From positions 1 to 58,237 of the forward strand of contig FLMG01002222.1 of the NCBI GenBank assembly GCA_900088475.1: a stretch of DNA of 58,237 nt. The letters are read 5' to 3'. A program made the position numbers and the translations under genes. The notes beneath the pieces are model-generated. The model made no database searches and was not told the DNA's origin. It was given only the letters and a program-made list of their open reading frames with translations. Positions 39,590 through 50,078 of the stretch are shown here, one piece after another. This stretch comes from Hyphochytrium catenoides. Its lineage: Eukaryota > Protista > Hyphochytriomycota. Each line of letters opens with the position of its first letter. Position 1 is the first letter of the stretch.

Positions 39590-41700
39590 GGGAAGCGGAC
39601 AAAAGTGGCCGTTTAGCTATATTTCGTCTTTCTTTGGTCTCAAGTCCCCAAAGTAGGCTTGACTTGGTCAGAAGAAAAGAGACAAAGAATTGCCTTAGAG
39701 AAGGTGAAGAGATGAATATAATGATACTTGTCTTCAATGGATTGATAGTTAACCTTAGACTCCGCTCCCGTAGTAACATGCTCTAGGTAGAGGAAGAGAA
39801 ATGAATAAGGTAGGATGGAGAGAGAGGGAAAACCACATTCATCTTAACTGAGCCTAGAGCAGAACAGGTATGTCACTCTTCTTTGTGAGCGCAGAAAGAA
39901 AACCAAGCCCTCAAGAGAGAACAGAGAAGGATCAGAGGAAAGAGTCTGTACTCTTCCATTCTATCACCCACATCTGTTCACTCTCTCATTATTATTCTTT
40001 TTTGTCTTTTATAAAGAAAACCAAAGACGTCCACGCCTTGACTCCTCCTCGGAGTCCTGCGGCTACGCCCATGGCAGCCTCTCCTGGTTTTGGAGGGATG
40101 AGACGCGGGTTCTCTCCAACGAGCTATTAAGAGTGAGCGACGGTTTGACAGAAAAAGGGGAAACAAAGAGCGAGACACATGTCCAGAGAGAAAGAGACGA
40201 GCGACAGAAAGGAATAGAGCGACCAGAAGAACAAAAAACGACAGAGAAAGACCCCGAAAGGAATAAAAGAGTACAGCGAGTGCACCTCAAGCGCTAGGTC
40301 TGTACCCCGCTACTGGAGATGATACCGCAAGGGCTCTTTCCTCAAGCAAAGGCTCATTTATCGACAGCCCGCCACGGCGCGCCTTCTAACTAATCACTCC
40401 GGGGAATACGGGGACAGAAGCATATAAAAGAGAGAGAATCGGTGAGGTAAAGAATTGAAAGATGAGAAAAAACAGCGAGCGGCAGAGAGAGTAAGAAAGG
40501 GAGAAAGAGTATGAAGAGAGAGAGAGTCCGGACAAGAAACAAGTAAAAAGACAGGAGAGAGCAAGGAGGAAGAGACAAACGCCGGCCGAGAGCAGGGAGG
40601 AAGAGAAAGAGAAGAGGCAGAGAGAAAGAAGTAAAGTCAAGGAGACGCAGAAGAAGGAGAGTACAAAGAACGGTAAAAGTGCGACAACGAGCTTGGGAGA
40701 ACCCAGAGGCGGGAACAAACCCCAAGAAGGCTCCGACAGCAGTAAGAAGGGGATGCTTGAAAATAGAGGCCAGCTAGAGGACAACGGAGAGAAGAGAAAG
40801 ATGAGTTTGGCCATGTCGCACGAGTTTTCTGGGAAATAGAACATACAAACGCGTCTTTTCCCCAAGTCCCTTGTCTTTCTCTTCATTACGTCATACCTCC
40901 AGCCGTTGTTCCCTCACCCTCTCTCTGTCTTCCTGCCTTCCAACGCCTACCATAAAGCCAGCCCCACGGTCATATACGAGAAGTCGGCGGGTGGTCCAGA
41001 CCGTCGACAGCCACCAATTGATCTAAGAAGAGAACCAAAGATACTGATTATTACGGGAGAGAGTCAAAGAAGGCGCGACGGGAAACGAGAGAAAGAGGGA
41101 GAGAGAACATATGCCCGTATGCGGAGCCACTCACACCTGGAAAAATAGTTCTTATATCTATGAGGCGCTTGCCATTTGAAACAAAAGGGTTCTGTCATAG
41201 CATCTTAAGAAGGGGAATCGACAGCTAGAAGAGAGCAGTCACGGTGCGTGAAAGAAGGAAGGAAGATAGTACCAGGTGAAGAGAGAATGGAGGGACAAAA
41301 AGGACCACGACCAAAGCTGTAAGAGTAATGTGGACGAGGTTAGCCGCACTAGTGTCACTCAGCAGCGTGACAGAGGAGAGTCGCTTGGTTGTGGGAAGGA
41401 AGATGAAGCTACTAGTCGGAAGGAAGACTCAACACCAACAGCACAAGACAGACGGGGTGTGTTTGTGCTGGTGATGATGGTGGATAACAAACAAATCAGG
41501 CTCCCCAGGACACATGTATACAATCACCAACAACAAGGCACCCGCAACAGGCTACTCAGAAGGTTAGCCTTTGCTCGGCCTGCCAGCAGATAAAGAAAGG
41601 CCACAAGTGCTTCAACCTTGGTACTACATGCGCAAGGCCCAAGCCTGCAGGTCATCGTTGCTTGAGAAGGGAAAGTGGTAGTGCTACTACTGCTGCAGCA
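39590..41700 (-). pseudogene. Possible decayed multi-exon gene
   Basis: Short exon-like blocks between CT-rich (minus-strand) introns: INWWLSTVWTTRRLLVYDRGAGFM, SLCLRKEPLRYHLQ*RGTDLALE|LVGENPRLIPPKPGEAAMGVAAGLRGGVKAW, KVNYQSIEDKYHYIHLFTFSK. Confidence 0.3.
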
Positions 41701-43064
41701 ACAGCGCATAGCTATTAGAGCTCTCGGCCTCCTCGATAATGTCTATGTCTAAAGTTTAGAGTACATCGCCTCGCCCCTTCTCGCTCTTGCATCTTGCGTG
41801 GCACGTTTTGAGTTGCCAAAAAGAAGTTTAAGACAATTGTTCTTTGAGCTGTTCTTTGTTCACTTCGAACTCTAGAACTATAGCTGTTCATTTTGGAGGC
41901 AGGAGGAAGGAGTAGCAGGCGGGCAACGAGCGGCGCCGCCGCCTTTCAAGGAATATCACCCTTCCGTTCCTCAAAGCCTAGTTAATGTTCCTTCTAATGT
42001 TAGCTATGTATACATGTGACAACACCTCATGGCCATAAGTCTCAAAGTTTCTTCCGGTTCTTTCAAGATTCCTATTCCAATTGAATTGATCCCCAAAATA
42101 GACAGAGTCTGCGTTTCCAGCGTATTAGCTATGACATCTGTAGGGCTCGAGGTGGTCGAGGATGGGGTGGGCTGAAGGCGTATAGGTCGTCGATGTGGGG
42201 TGGGGTGGGGGGGGGAGAATGCCCATAGTTAATGTTATAGGAGGCCACATTATTCTGACATTTTTGGGACGAAATATTATGGAAAAATTTAGTTTTGGGT
42301 TTTGGGATTCGTTTGTTCGCCGACGCCTGACATTTGTTCAGTAAGTCCGAAGTTTATTTTTAGGCATCTATTTCTATCTGGGTTGGTCGGTCGGTTTTGA
42401 CAGAGAGTGTCCGTGATGATTATCACCAACACTACTGCTGAACTGATTGGAAACGAATGACTAAAAACTGAAAAACAGTGGGTTGAGATGTTCAGTAGCA
42501 CTACGAGTATTAATAATGCAAAGTAGACTTTTGAGTTCATAGGAAGCGTAGAACTACTGTAGAAAAGAGAAAACCCGCACCCCTTCCGTTGACGATTCGT
42601 TTGCAATCTGTTTGCCGCGCGGAAAACAGCCCGGTAATGGCGATAGTAAGGTGCAAAAACCATAGGAGTCAAACTAGCTGATTAGACCTCAAAGGCCACT
42701 AATCACAGATTAGGCATCAACCCTACTTGGGTTGGTGGTTTTGACAGCGTGGTATCACTTACTACAAGTGTAAACTACAGTGTCTGTTGGACTATTGGTG
42801 GCCCTCCCCTCCTTCATTCACCAAGATAGCTCCTCTAATTGACGAAACAAGTTCTATGAAGTTGGTGACAAGCGATGGCTCCACCCATCATCATCTCCTG
42901 AAAAGCGTAAGCCGCTGTTCTTCAATCTTGACGATCAATTTGCAATCAGTTTTGGCATGCAGAATACGCCAGCAGTAACAATAACTACGAGTACTACCAT
43001 GACACCGTCATAAATAATAATTCACGCAACACCAATCGGTATGTGTTGTTGTTGGGTTGGTCTT

Positions 43065-43142
43065 TGAGTTCATTGAGGTCATCATCGTTGTCTCAGATGT
43101 AGGCTGAGTTCATTGAGGTCATCGCTGTCTCAGATGTAGGCT
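43065..43142. repeat. Tandem duplication (40/37-bp units)
   Basis: TGAGTTCATTGAGGTCATC(ATCGTT/GCT)GTCTCAGATGTAGGC twice. Confidence 0.95.
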
Positions 43143-43772
43143 AGTTGCCGGGCAGCAGTCACATATTTCAAGATGGTTGGGAGGAAGGATGCCCTCCATC
43201 CTCCTTCTACAATCTGGCGGGCTGCTCATCATGATGATGAGTAAAAAATGATGACGTTATTTTCAACAACATACAGGGTTTTATGAGAAGGATGTGTGAT
43301 AGACGATCGCGATCAATTTCACCTTCATCCTTTAAACACCGTCATGAGGCCATTATTGGCTAACTGCCACAGTTTGCTGCTCAGGAACGTAAACCGATAA
43401 GAAGAGCCAACAAGAGCTGCGTGAACTTACTCCACCGCAGTAATTTGAATTATTAAGTATTATATGCAGTTATAGCAACGGTAGTAGAAAATGACCTAAT
43501 TAGTCGCAACTCAACGGGTCGTGTCCGGTGGGGGCCGAACCGACAGAGAAAGGAAGAAGAGTTTTTGTAGCAGCACTAGAATGCAGCATCTGCTACAAAG
43601 CCAAAGATGGACGCGGAAGTAACCGATTCTTTCAACGACAAGAGGTGGCGAATCCGTCATAGCTTACTGCGTGCCGTTAAGTAATCAAGGCCCCTTATTT
43701 GCCATGATGCATTTTTCAATATATTCTTTCCATTTTCAATATCGAAGTTCCAACGTTGTTGATAGAAAGAAA

Positions 43773-44780
43773 TCAGGCGTCGCTTTCTCTGTGGAACTCT
43801 TCCGCATTCCTCTTCATGAAGGCTGATTGTGGGTGGTATATGACACGCGATAGTAGAAACCTATTCACGACAACATACTTCCGAAGTCTAGCATAATCGC
43901 GCTGGAGGTAGTGTGATGCTTTTTCTAGTAGGTAGTGGTAGACATCGTCTCGTAGGGTGAAGAAGTTTCTGAATCCATCGACATTTTTCCGTACGTAATT
44001 TAGATAGATGTACTCTACCACTTCGGGACGTTGAAGCTCGGTCGCTGAAGTCAGAATCGAAATACCCTTTGGATGGATTCCTTGTGATGCGAGGTATGCG
44101 AGTCTCTCTACTAAGTCGTCCCGAGCGGGTTGAAGTACCGCATGATCGGCAATGTCTATTTCTGCATCATCTGCACTTTCTTGGATGTTCTTAAGGTTGA
44201 CCCCCCCAACGTTAATCAGATAATGTAGAGCTGGAACCGATAGAATCGCAATGTGCACGTAGTCAAAGTTGAAGTTTCTGCTGACAAGGTATGACACAAT
44301 CCGCACCGTCCGACACGAAAGGCGATGAAAATTTTCAAGCAGAAAATCTTCAATTAGATCTTCTTCCAACTCCACAAGAGGATCATACAGCAAGTCCATT
44401 ACAATGTCATCATCGTTCTCCAGAGCTCTGATCAGCGTCCGTTTCAGCCATCTGTACTGATGGTGATCCACCCTAACGAGGCAATCCACCACTTTTCGGA
44501 GCTTGGACTCCATAGCTTTCTTCCATATGGCGTCCATTTCGTGGGGATGAAGAAGATTCGTCGTCGGAGAACCACTGAGAGATATAACATCAAGAAATTG
44601 ATCCACTTCCCAAACATCACCACTCTCTACCAGATGTTTTAGGTGATGCCCATCTGGGTCTTCAAGGACAGAAGCTGGATAGAGATTCCTAAGACATTGG
44701 CGTTTTCTCTCCTCCCGCTGCATCTCCTGCACCTCGTTTGGGTAGTATCGACGCATCCTTACTTCTTCTTCCGGAATCAT
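43773..44780 (-). CDS. Intronless 335-aa degenerate ankyrin-repeat protein
   Basis: Repeated helix-turn-helix units resembling A..GHLEVVKYL: HLVESGDVWEVDQFL, KAMESKLRKVVDCLV, RALENDDDIVMDLLY, RTVRIVSYLVSRN, PALHYLINVGGVNL, PARDDLVERLAYLASQG, SATELQRPEVVEYIY. Confidence 0.75.
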   Translation of the reverse strand: MIPEEEVRMRRYYPNEVQEMQREERKRQCLRNLYPASVLEDPDGHHLKHLVESGDVWEVDQFLDVISLSGSPTTNLLHPHEMDAIWKKAMESKLRKVVDCLVRVDHHQYRWLKRTLIRALENDDDIVMDLLYDPLVELEEDLIEDFLLENFHRLSCRTVRIVSYLVSRNFNFDYVHIAILSVPALHYLINVGGVNLKNIQESADDAEIDIADHAVLQPARDDLVERLAYLASQGIHPKGISILTSATELQRPEVVEYIYLNYVRKNVDGFRNFFTLRDDVYHYLLEKASHYLQRDYARLRKYVVVNRFLLSRVIYHPQSAFMKRNAEEFHRESDA

Positions 44781-45249
44781 CCATCAGTGTATCATCAGAA
44801 GAGTGGAAGGTTTGGAAGCAAATACGAGTGGGTGACGACTTGAAGTGCGTTCCTCTGTGATGTTGGGTTCTGCCAGTAGGAAAAGGCGGCTTCGTTGTTG
44901 TCGCCGCTGGAAAGAAGAAGAGAAGATAGAGAGACCACCAACAACAACAATCCACTGCTGATGATCGTACTTGAATGTCGTAGTACAAGATTTCATCAGG
45001 AAATAGAAGAATAGAAGCTCACCCATGGCTGCTGGTTATTATAGGAATCCCAGCACCTCACAAGAAGAGACAACCACCGTCACAACAAGTTCTACCATTC
45101 TCCTGTATAAAAATTACCTCTGCATGCAGCAAGTGCTAGAACAACATCAAAAAAGTTGTGTTACACTACTACTACTACGGGCTTTCGTTGCAACCTGCCA
45201 CAGGTAGCCGTTGTACTTCCCTAACGGTCATATCAATAAGAATACTACA

Positions 45250-46160
45250 ACACAGTATGGAGTATTGACCGCTTTTCCTCCAAGAAAGAATTGAAGAGGA
45301 CTACTAGTTCCTACAACTGTACTACAAAGTTCGATGCATGCTGCCTTTTTCCTTCTTCGTACGAGTACTTTTTTTATAAGAACACTAAAAGCTCTTGGAC
45401 GACTGCCACCACCTCTCCTCCTCGGTCGTCGCATCTGCTGCTGCAGTTGTTGCTGTTGCTGTAGAACATCCTCGCGAATTGCCCGTGGTGGCAAAGGAAG
45501 GCGACTGCGCACCATCATCCCATCTTCTGTGCATTACAGCGCTGGTATGTGTGTGTTGTTGATATTATCTCTCTCATAGATAGATGGAACTAAAGAGAGA
45601 AGAAGAAGAAGAAGACAAGCCCCTCCTCCGCACCTGTCGCGAACTGCTCTAATTAATCCATTGGCGGAGCGTTTCGTGGACCTGCTACCCTCCTCCTTCT
45701 TCTTGGTAGCTCCACACCAAATGTCTCCTCCTCCCAGACCAGCAGCGGGACCAACAAACCATATCATCCTGCTGCCACAACACCACATTCCTCCGCGTAA
45801 CGAGCGAGCTTGGCATCATCATGACAGTAGCCAGCCTCGAGCGCTGCATGCTGAATGTATGTGTGTTGCAGCGGCACGCCGCGGATCGTCACGTCGAAAC
45901 ATGTCGATATCTTGCCCGGCTCATAGCCCTCAATGGTGGTCAACAAGTCACCAGCAGGGCGTTTCCCATCATCATTATTAGCCAATACGTTACCCAATCA
46001 GCAGGCTCAGGGGACTGTTGTACTGTATTTGATTACTAGTTCGGGAAACTGTGTGTGTGACAGGCATCTAGGTTTTGCCCTTCTTCGTTACTACATTAGC
46101 AGCAGGCGAAGCTTTGTCTTTCTAGGAATAAGCTTGGCTGCTCTTCTTTCTATTATCCTC
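45250..46160 (+). pseudogene. Frameshifted ankyrin-repeat relic, divergent from the intact ankyrin ORF
   Basis: Ankyrin motifs split by small indels: AKEGD/LRTII/HLL (45491-45529), AAARRG[tcgt]HVETCRYL (45868-45913), SAGSGD/TVVLYLI (45998-46035). Confidence 0.55.
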
Positions 46161-46900
46161 TGATGAGTTGTGTACACGATGAGGCCACCTCCTCCATCTC
46201 AGTATCAAAAAGCAATGTAGCGGCGATATATAACATGTAACATCAAAGATTATGGAATGATATTCGTTAGACCGTTCCGATTAAGGTATAAACGTACTTG
46301 CTATTCTTGATAAGGCCGGCACGAGTATTGTATTCCTCCTGAAAAAATCGGAACCGTAAAAAGTGTGATTTCCGGGGAAGGAAGTGTTGATGACCGCAGA
46401 CACAGAACGATATCAAACTCACAAGAGGTTTGGGTTCTGAGATAAATAGGCTTTTCCCTCTTTTGGGGGAGTTCTCACAAGCAAGTCATCAAACCCACAC
46501 CATCATAGGGTTTCCGATGATCACCCATTCAGGCCTTTGACGGTCTTTTTTGGGTCTGGCTGCTGATCAGGCGGACAGAGATTATTGAGAAGTCTTCTCA
46601 TTTATTGCGGTTCGGACGATAAGCTCGCTTGCTGACCTCCTGCAGACTCTATCTGCCTCTCCATATAGTCGGGAGACAGATATTCGCTCAGTCCTGCGAT
46701 CTGGCGGCAGAAGCAGGCCTTGTCGAGGTGTTAGAGAAGAGAAAGTGCAAGAGTCTAAGAATCGTGGAAGAGAGCACTCTACTACTGCGACCGCTTCCCT
46801 CTTCGCTCGGCTAACTCTATATCGCCGCTGAGGTAGCCTAGCCTTAGTCGGAGCTAGGACTAGGCTTTCTACTTCGTTATTAATAGGCATAGGCTTGGGA

Positions 46901-49616
46901 ATGGATCACGCACCCGATCTCCTTCAAGAAGAGGATGACCTCCTATCCTACTTCTTGGCTACGGAGGCTGACCTCTTACAGGGAACTCCAGCTGCGGGTA
47001 AGTCCCAAGACAGCAATCCATACCTTAAAGGAGAAAACTTGTTAACTTCGAATGTTGAGCAGCAGCTCCGATACCTGCGGGCCAGCACCCTCCTCCTTTC
47101 ACGTCTGGCCAAGCAAGTTTCACAGGCGCTGGGCGGTCTGCCTTTGAGTTCCTAGATAGCAGCCAGGTATGCTTTCAGAACATATATAACTGCCAAGGAA
47201 TTAACCCACTATCTATCAGCGTCGACGCTGTATGCTTTCCTAGAAAAGATTTCTACATCTATTGCTTCATCTATCTATTGTGTGCCCCTCCGCTTTTTGT
47301 TCATTAGGTGATGCACCATTTACTCTCACTTCTATTACTACGATCTCAAACCCTGCTTCCAGGGCACTCCCTTGGGTGCATCTGCCCCTCCTCATCTGAC
47401 AAGTCCCGCGCCAAGAGCGGCAGTCAAGTCAAAGGCAACTCCAAGCATAGACCCGGGGGCAGCGTTAGATGATAGTCTTGGCAACTCAGAGACAATGTCC
47501 ACAAGCAGTACTCCAGGAACAGATGCTGATGACAGACGAGCCAGAAGATTAGCTAGGAACAGAGAATCAGCGAGGCAAAGTCGACGCCGCAAGAAGCAGT
47601 ATCTTGAACTTCTTGAGGAGAAGGTAAGAGCTCGCTTACTATCCCCTTTAGCCGCTTGCATTTTCCAATGGTTTATTCAGTTGACTGGGTGTGTATGGAT
47701 CTGCTCCATGCTTCAAAGTCTTCCAGTGGTCTTACAGGTGTCTTTAGGTGGCTCAGCTCACGGAGGAGATAGACAACCTAAGGCGCCAGCATCTTGACGC
47801 TGCTGGCGGAGCTCTTCTACAGCTGAAAACTCAGCTTTTACAGTCTTTGAAGGATAAGCTCAATTCTTATCCACTGGGAGACGAGGTGAGAGCAAAGGAT
47901 GTCCAGACACAGGTGGATGGAACGTGCTCACCGATTAATGAATTCGACAGCCATCAGAAGCAGAACAGGCCTTGGCAGAGGACTTAGCCACGCTGCAGAG
48001 CCGAGTTGGAGCCAACTCTGCGGTTGGTGGCTACGTTCTCTCTCTCTCTTGGTGCTTCTCCTCTCTTGTCTGTTGCGATAGCTTCCACTCTTCCCCCTCT
48101 CTGATCTAGAACTTTGCGATTGCTGTCTAGCTGGTATTTTCAAATAGTTCTCTTAACCAGCTTCCTATGGCATGCATGTGCTCTTTCTAATGTCGTACTG
48201 CCATAGGAAAGGAGGACAGTCGTCAATTATCATTTCCAGCAGCTTGGAAACCTAATATTACCGCCTTACACGCGTTTCTTATTATGGATGAGCAACCAAG
48301 TATGTACGCCTTGTTGTCTCCAAACGACATCTTGAATTTGGCATAGCGTGGCAACACCTCCACTTAGCTCTGTTCATCTTCGCTTGTGGCTGGCCTCCTA
48401 GATCTCGGCCACCTAGGGTTCTCTGTCACCTCCAAGTTGTAGTCACTGCTATCCTTACAACTGTTCACTTCCTCTGTATCACCTTAGTGGGATTCATCTC
48501 GGACGTATCGTTCTGTCTTACCATCTGTCGTCTGATGTCGTACGTATCGCCCTTACGTGTATGCTTTGTGAAGAATGAGGAGTTTTTCAAGGGAACCGGT
48601 AGTGCGAACAAGAAAGCCACTGGTCCAAATGCAGCCAGCCCTACAGCCACTTCTCCCACCCAGTCGGAGGTAGAAGAGAAGGGAAATGGCATCCAGGGGC
48701 TTTGGCCGCTATTCTCTACAGAGTTGGGACTTACCTATGAGCAAGAGGAGAAGCTGAAGGCACAATACAAGTAAGATGACCCTCTGTGAGATAATCCATC
48801 GTCTTCCGTGTTACCTCTTGAGGCGTACTTTAGAAGGCCGAGCAAAGGGTTTTCCAAAGGTAGAGAGAGGACATGACTACGTTATGCCCCAAGACGAAAG
48901 GAATGCCGCTATGTTGTCCTATACTTTAGAAGGGGCAAAATTTAGACTGCCTTTCCCGCCATCTCTCTTAAAGTATCTTCGGGCCTAGCACTAAAGCGAA
49001 CGTGAACGCTGTAGGGCTCAGGAGACCAAGGCGTCCAAAGCAGAGAAACGGAAGCTGGCTGTGGCAATGGTAAGAAGACTGACGGTCTACTTTCTGACTC
49101 ACTTGTGTGTCCTCTGGCCATTTCCTCAGCGTGACCTGGGAAGTCTTTTTTTCAAATTGCAGCAAAAGTACTCATCGATGTTTGCGTAGGTCTATCTCGA
49201 TCGACTTAAGACGACGATGGAAAAGAGGACCGCAGCGGTGGAGGGTATTGAAGACAACATTCGCTCCGTACTTACGCCCTCGCAGTACGCTAGGTACCTC
49301 GTATGGGTGGAGGAGAATAGGGAAAAGCTACGGATGTGCGGCTTTGACCGTGGGATCAGCGGTAAGATGCTTGTCCATTTTGTATCACGTTTCTCTTGTC
49401 CCGCTCTGCTGTGCTTCTTGCTCTCTCTCTTCATCAAGCATCTTCAGGAATCTGTTGTGCGCTAGCTAATGAGCATTTTCCTCCTCTACTTGTTGTCTAC
49501 TTTGACAAGACGTGGGGAGCACCTCAGGTGATGACATCAGTAGTCTTCTCCGCAAGCCTGACAAGGAGCTGACATTGGAAGATGTTACTCGGCTTCTCAA
49601 CGAACTTAAGTCCTAA
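46901..49616 (+). CDS. bZIP transcription factor with C-terminal DOG1/TGA-like helical domain, ~10 exons
   Basis: RRARRLARNRESARQSRRRKKQYLELLEEK|VAQLTEEIDNLR. Spliced downstream exons include ILPPYTRFLLW, LWPLFSTELGLTYEQEEKLK and SVLTPSQYARYLVWVEEN, ending LNELKS-TAA at 49616. Confidence 0.9.
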
Positions 49617-50078
49617 GACACCCCGCTACTAGGGGCGACTGCTCTTCTTCCTTAATCTTTTGACCTCATATCACTCCGCCGTCCGTGCCAGGGGGCTTTT
49701 AACCCGTGACGGCCTCTTCGTCTCGTTGTTTCCTTACGCTCATTCTTCTGGAATGAAGAGGTTACTCGTCCAGCTTGGTAGACACACATTTTGCTTCTTC
49801 TTATACGTAATAATAAAGTTCAGCTCTTCCTTTGGTGTAGGATCAATGGGTGATATGGGTAGCCTATTGCCAGCCTGTACGAGCCCTTCACTTTCGTTCC
49901 AGCGGCGTGGCTGCCATTAGGAGCCATAAGGGGTTACCTGAGCGTTCTAGAGCTCCGCTTCCTTCAACTCTTTGACCAAAAAAAGTAGGAGCCTCCGACG
50001 TATGAACCGATCGGGTTCAAGTGGAAGGAAGGTTCAGGGTCTTCTGAGTCTGCCACCTCAGCCCTTCAGAGCAGCCAT

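Larger units (their letters stand above)
34685..39590 (+). pseudogene. Multi-exon coiled-coil gene, disrupted
   Basis: Coding-like exons (35930-37255, 37324-37785, 38177-38387, 38604-39350) with a valid intron at 37256-37323. Disruptions: an insertion at 36151-36418, a frameshift near 36545 (EKVL/KRALRGYPF), an in-frame TAG at 38856 (EERIQE*ERAQQ) and tandem duplications. Confidence 0.6.
42250..46250. mobile_element. Compositionally distinct ankyrin island, candidate endogenous giant-virus-derived or horizontally acquired segment (boundaries approximate)
   Basis: The host AG/CT microsatellite texture disappears and ACT/TAG/CAA/TTG triplet runs appear. The segment holds an intronless ankyrin-like ORF, an ankyrin relic and dense hairpins. 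No transposase or viral core gene was seen. Confidence 0.5.

Noticed and set aside
40386-40886. Hydrophobic 111-166-aa ORFs (and similar ones at 13497, 14988, 53318-53903)
   Set aside because: They are translations of CT/AG microsatellites.
42489-42510. GTTCAGTAGCACTACG resembling the group I intron R element
   Set aside because: No matching P, Q or S elements were found.
42241-46188. GAGGCCAC at 42241 and 46181 as an 8-bp TSD, and GTTAATGTTATA/TATAACATGTAAC as a TIR
   Set aside because: Matches of this length are expected by chance across a few hundred bp of candidate boundary, and there is no consistent TIR inside the putative TSD.
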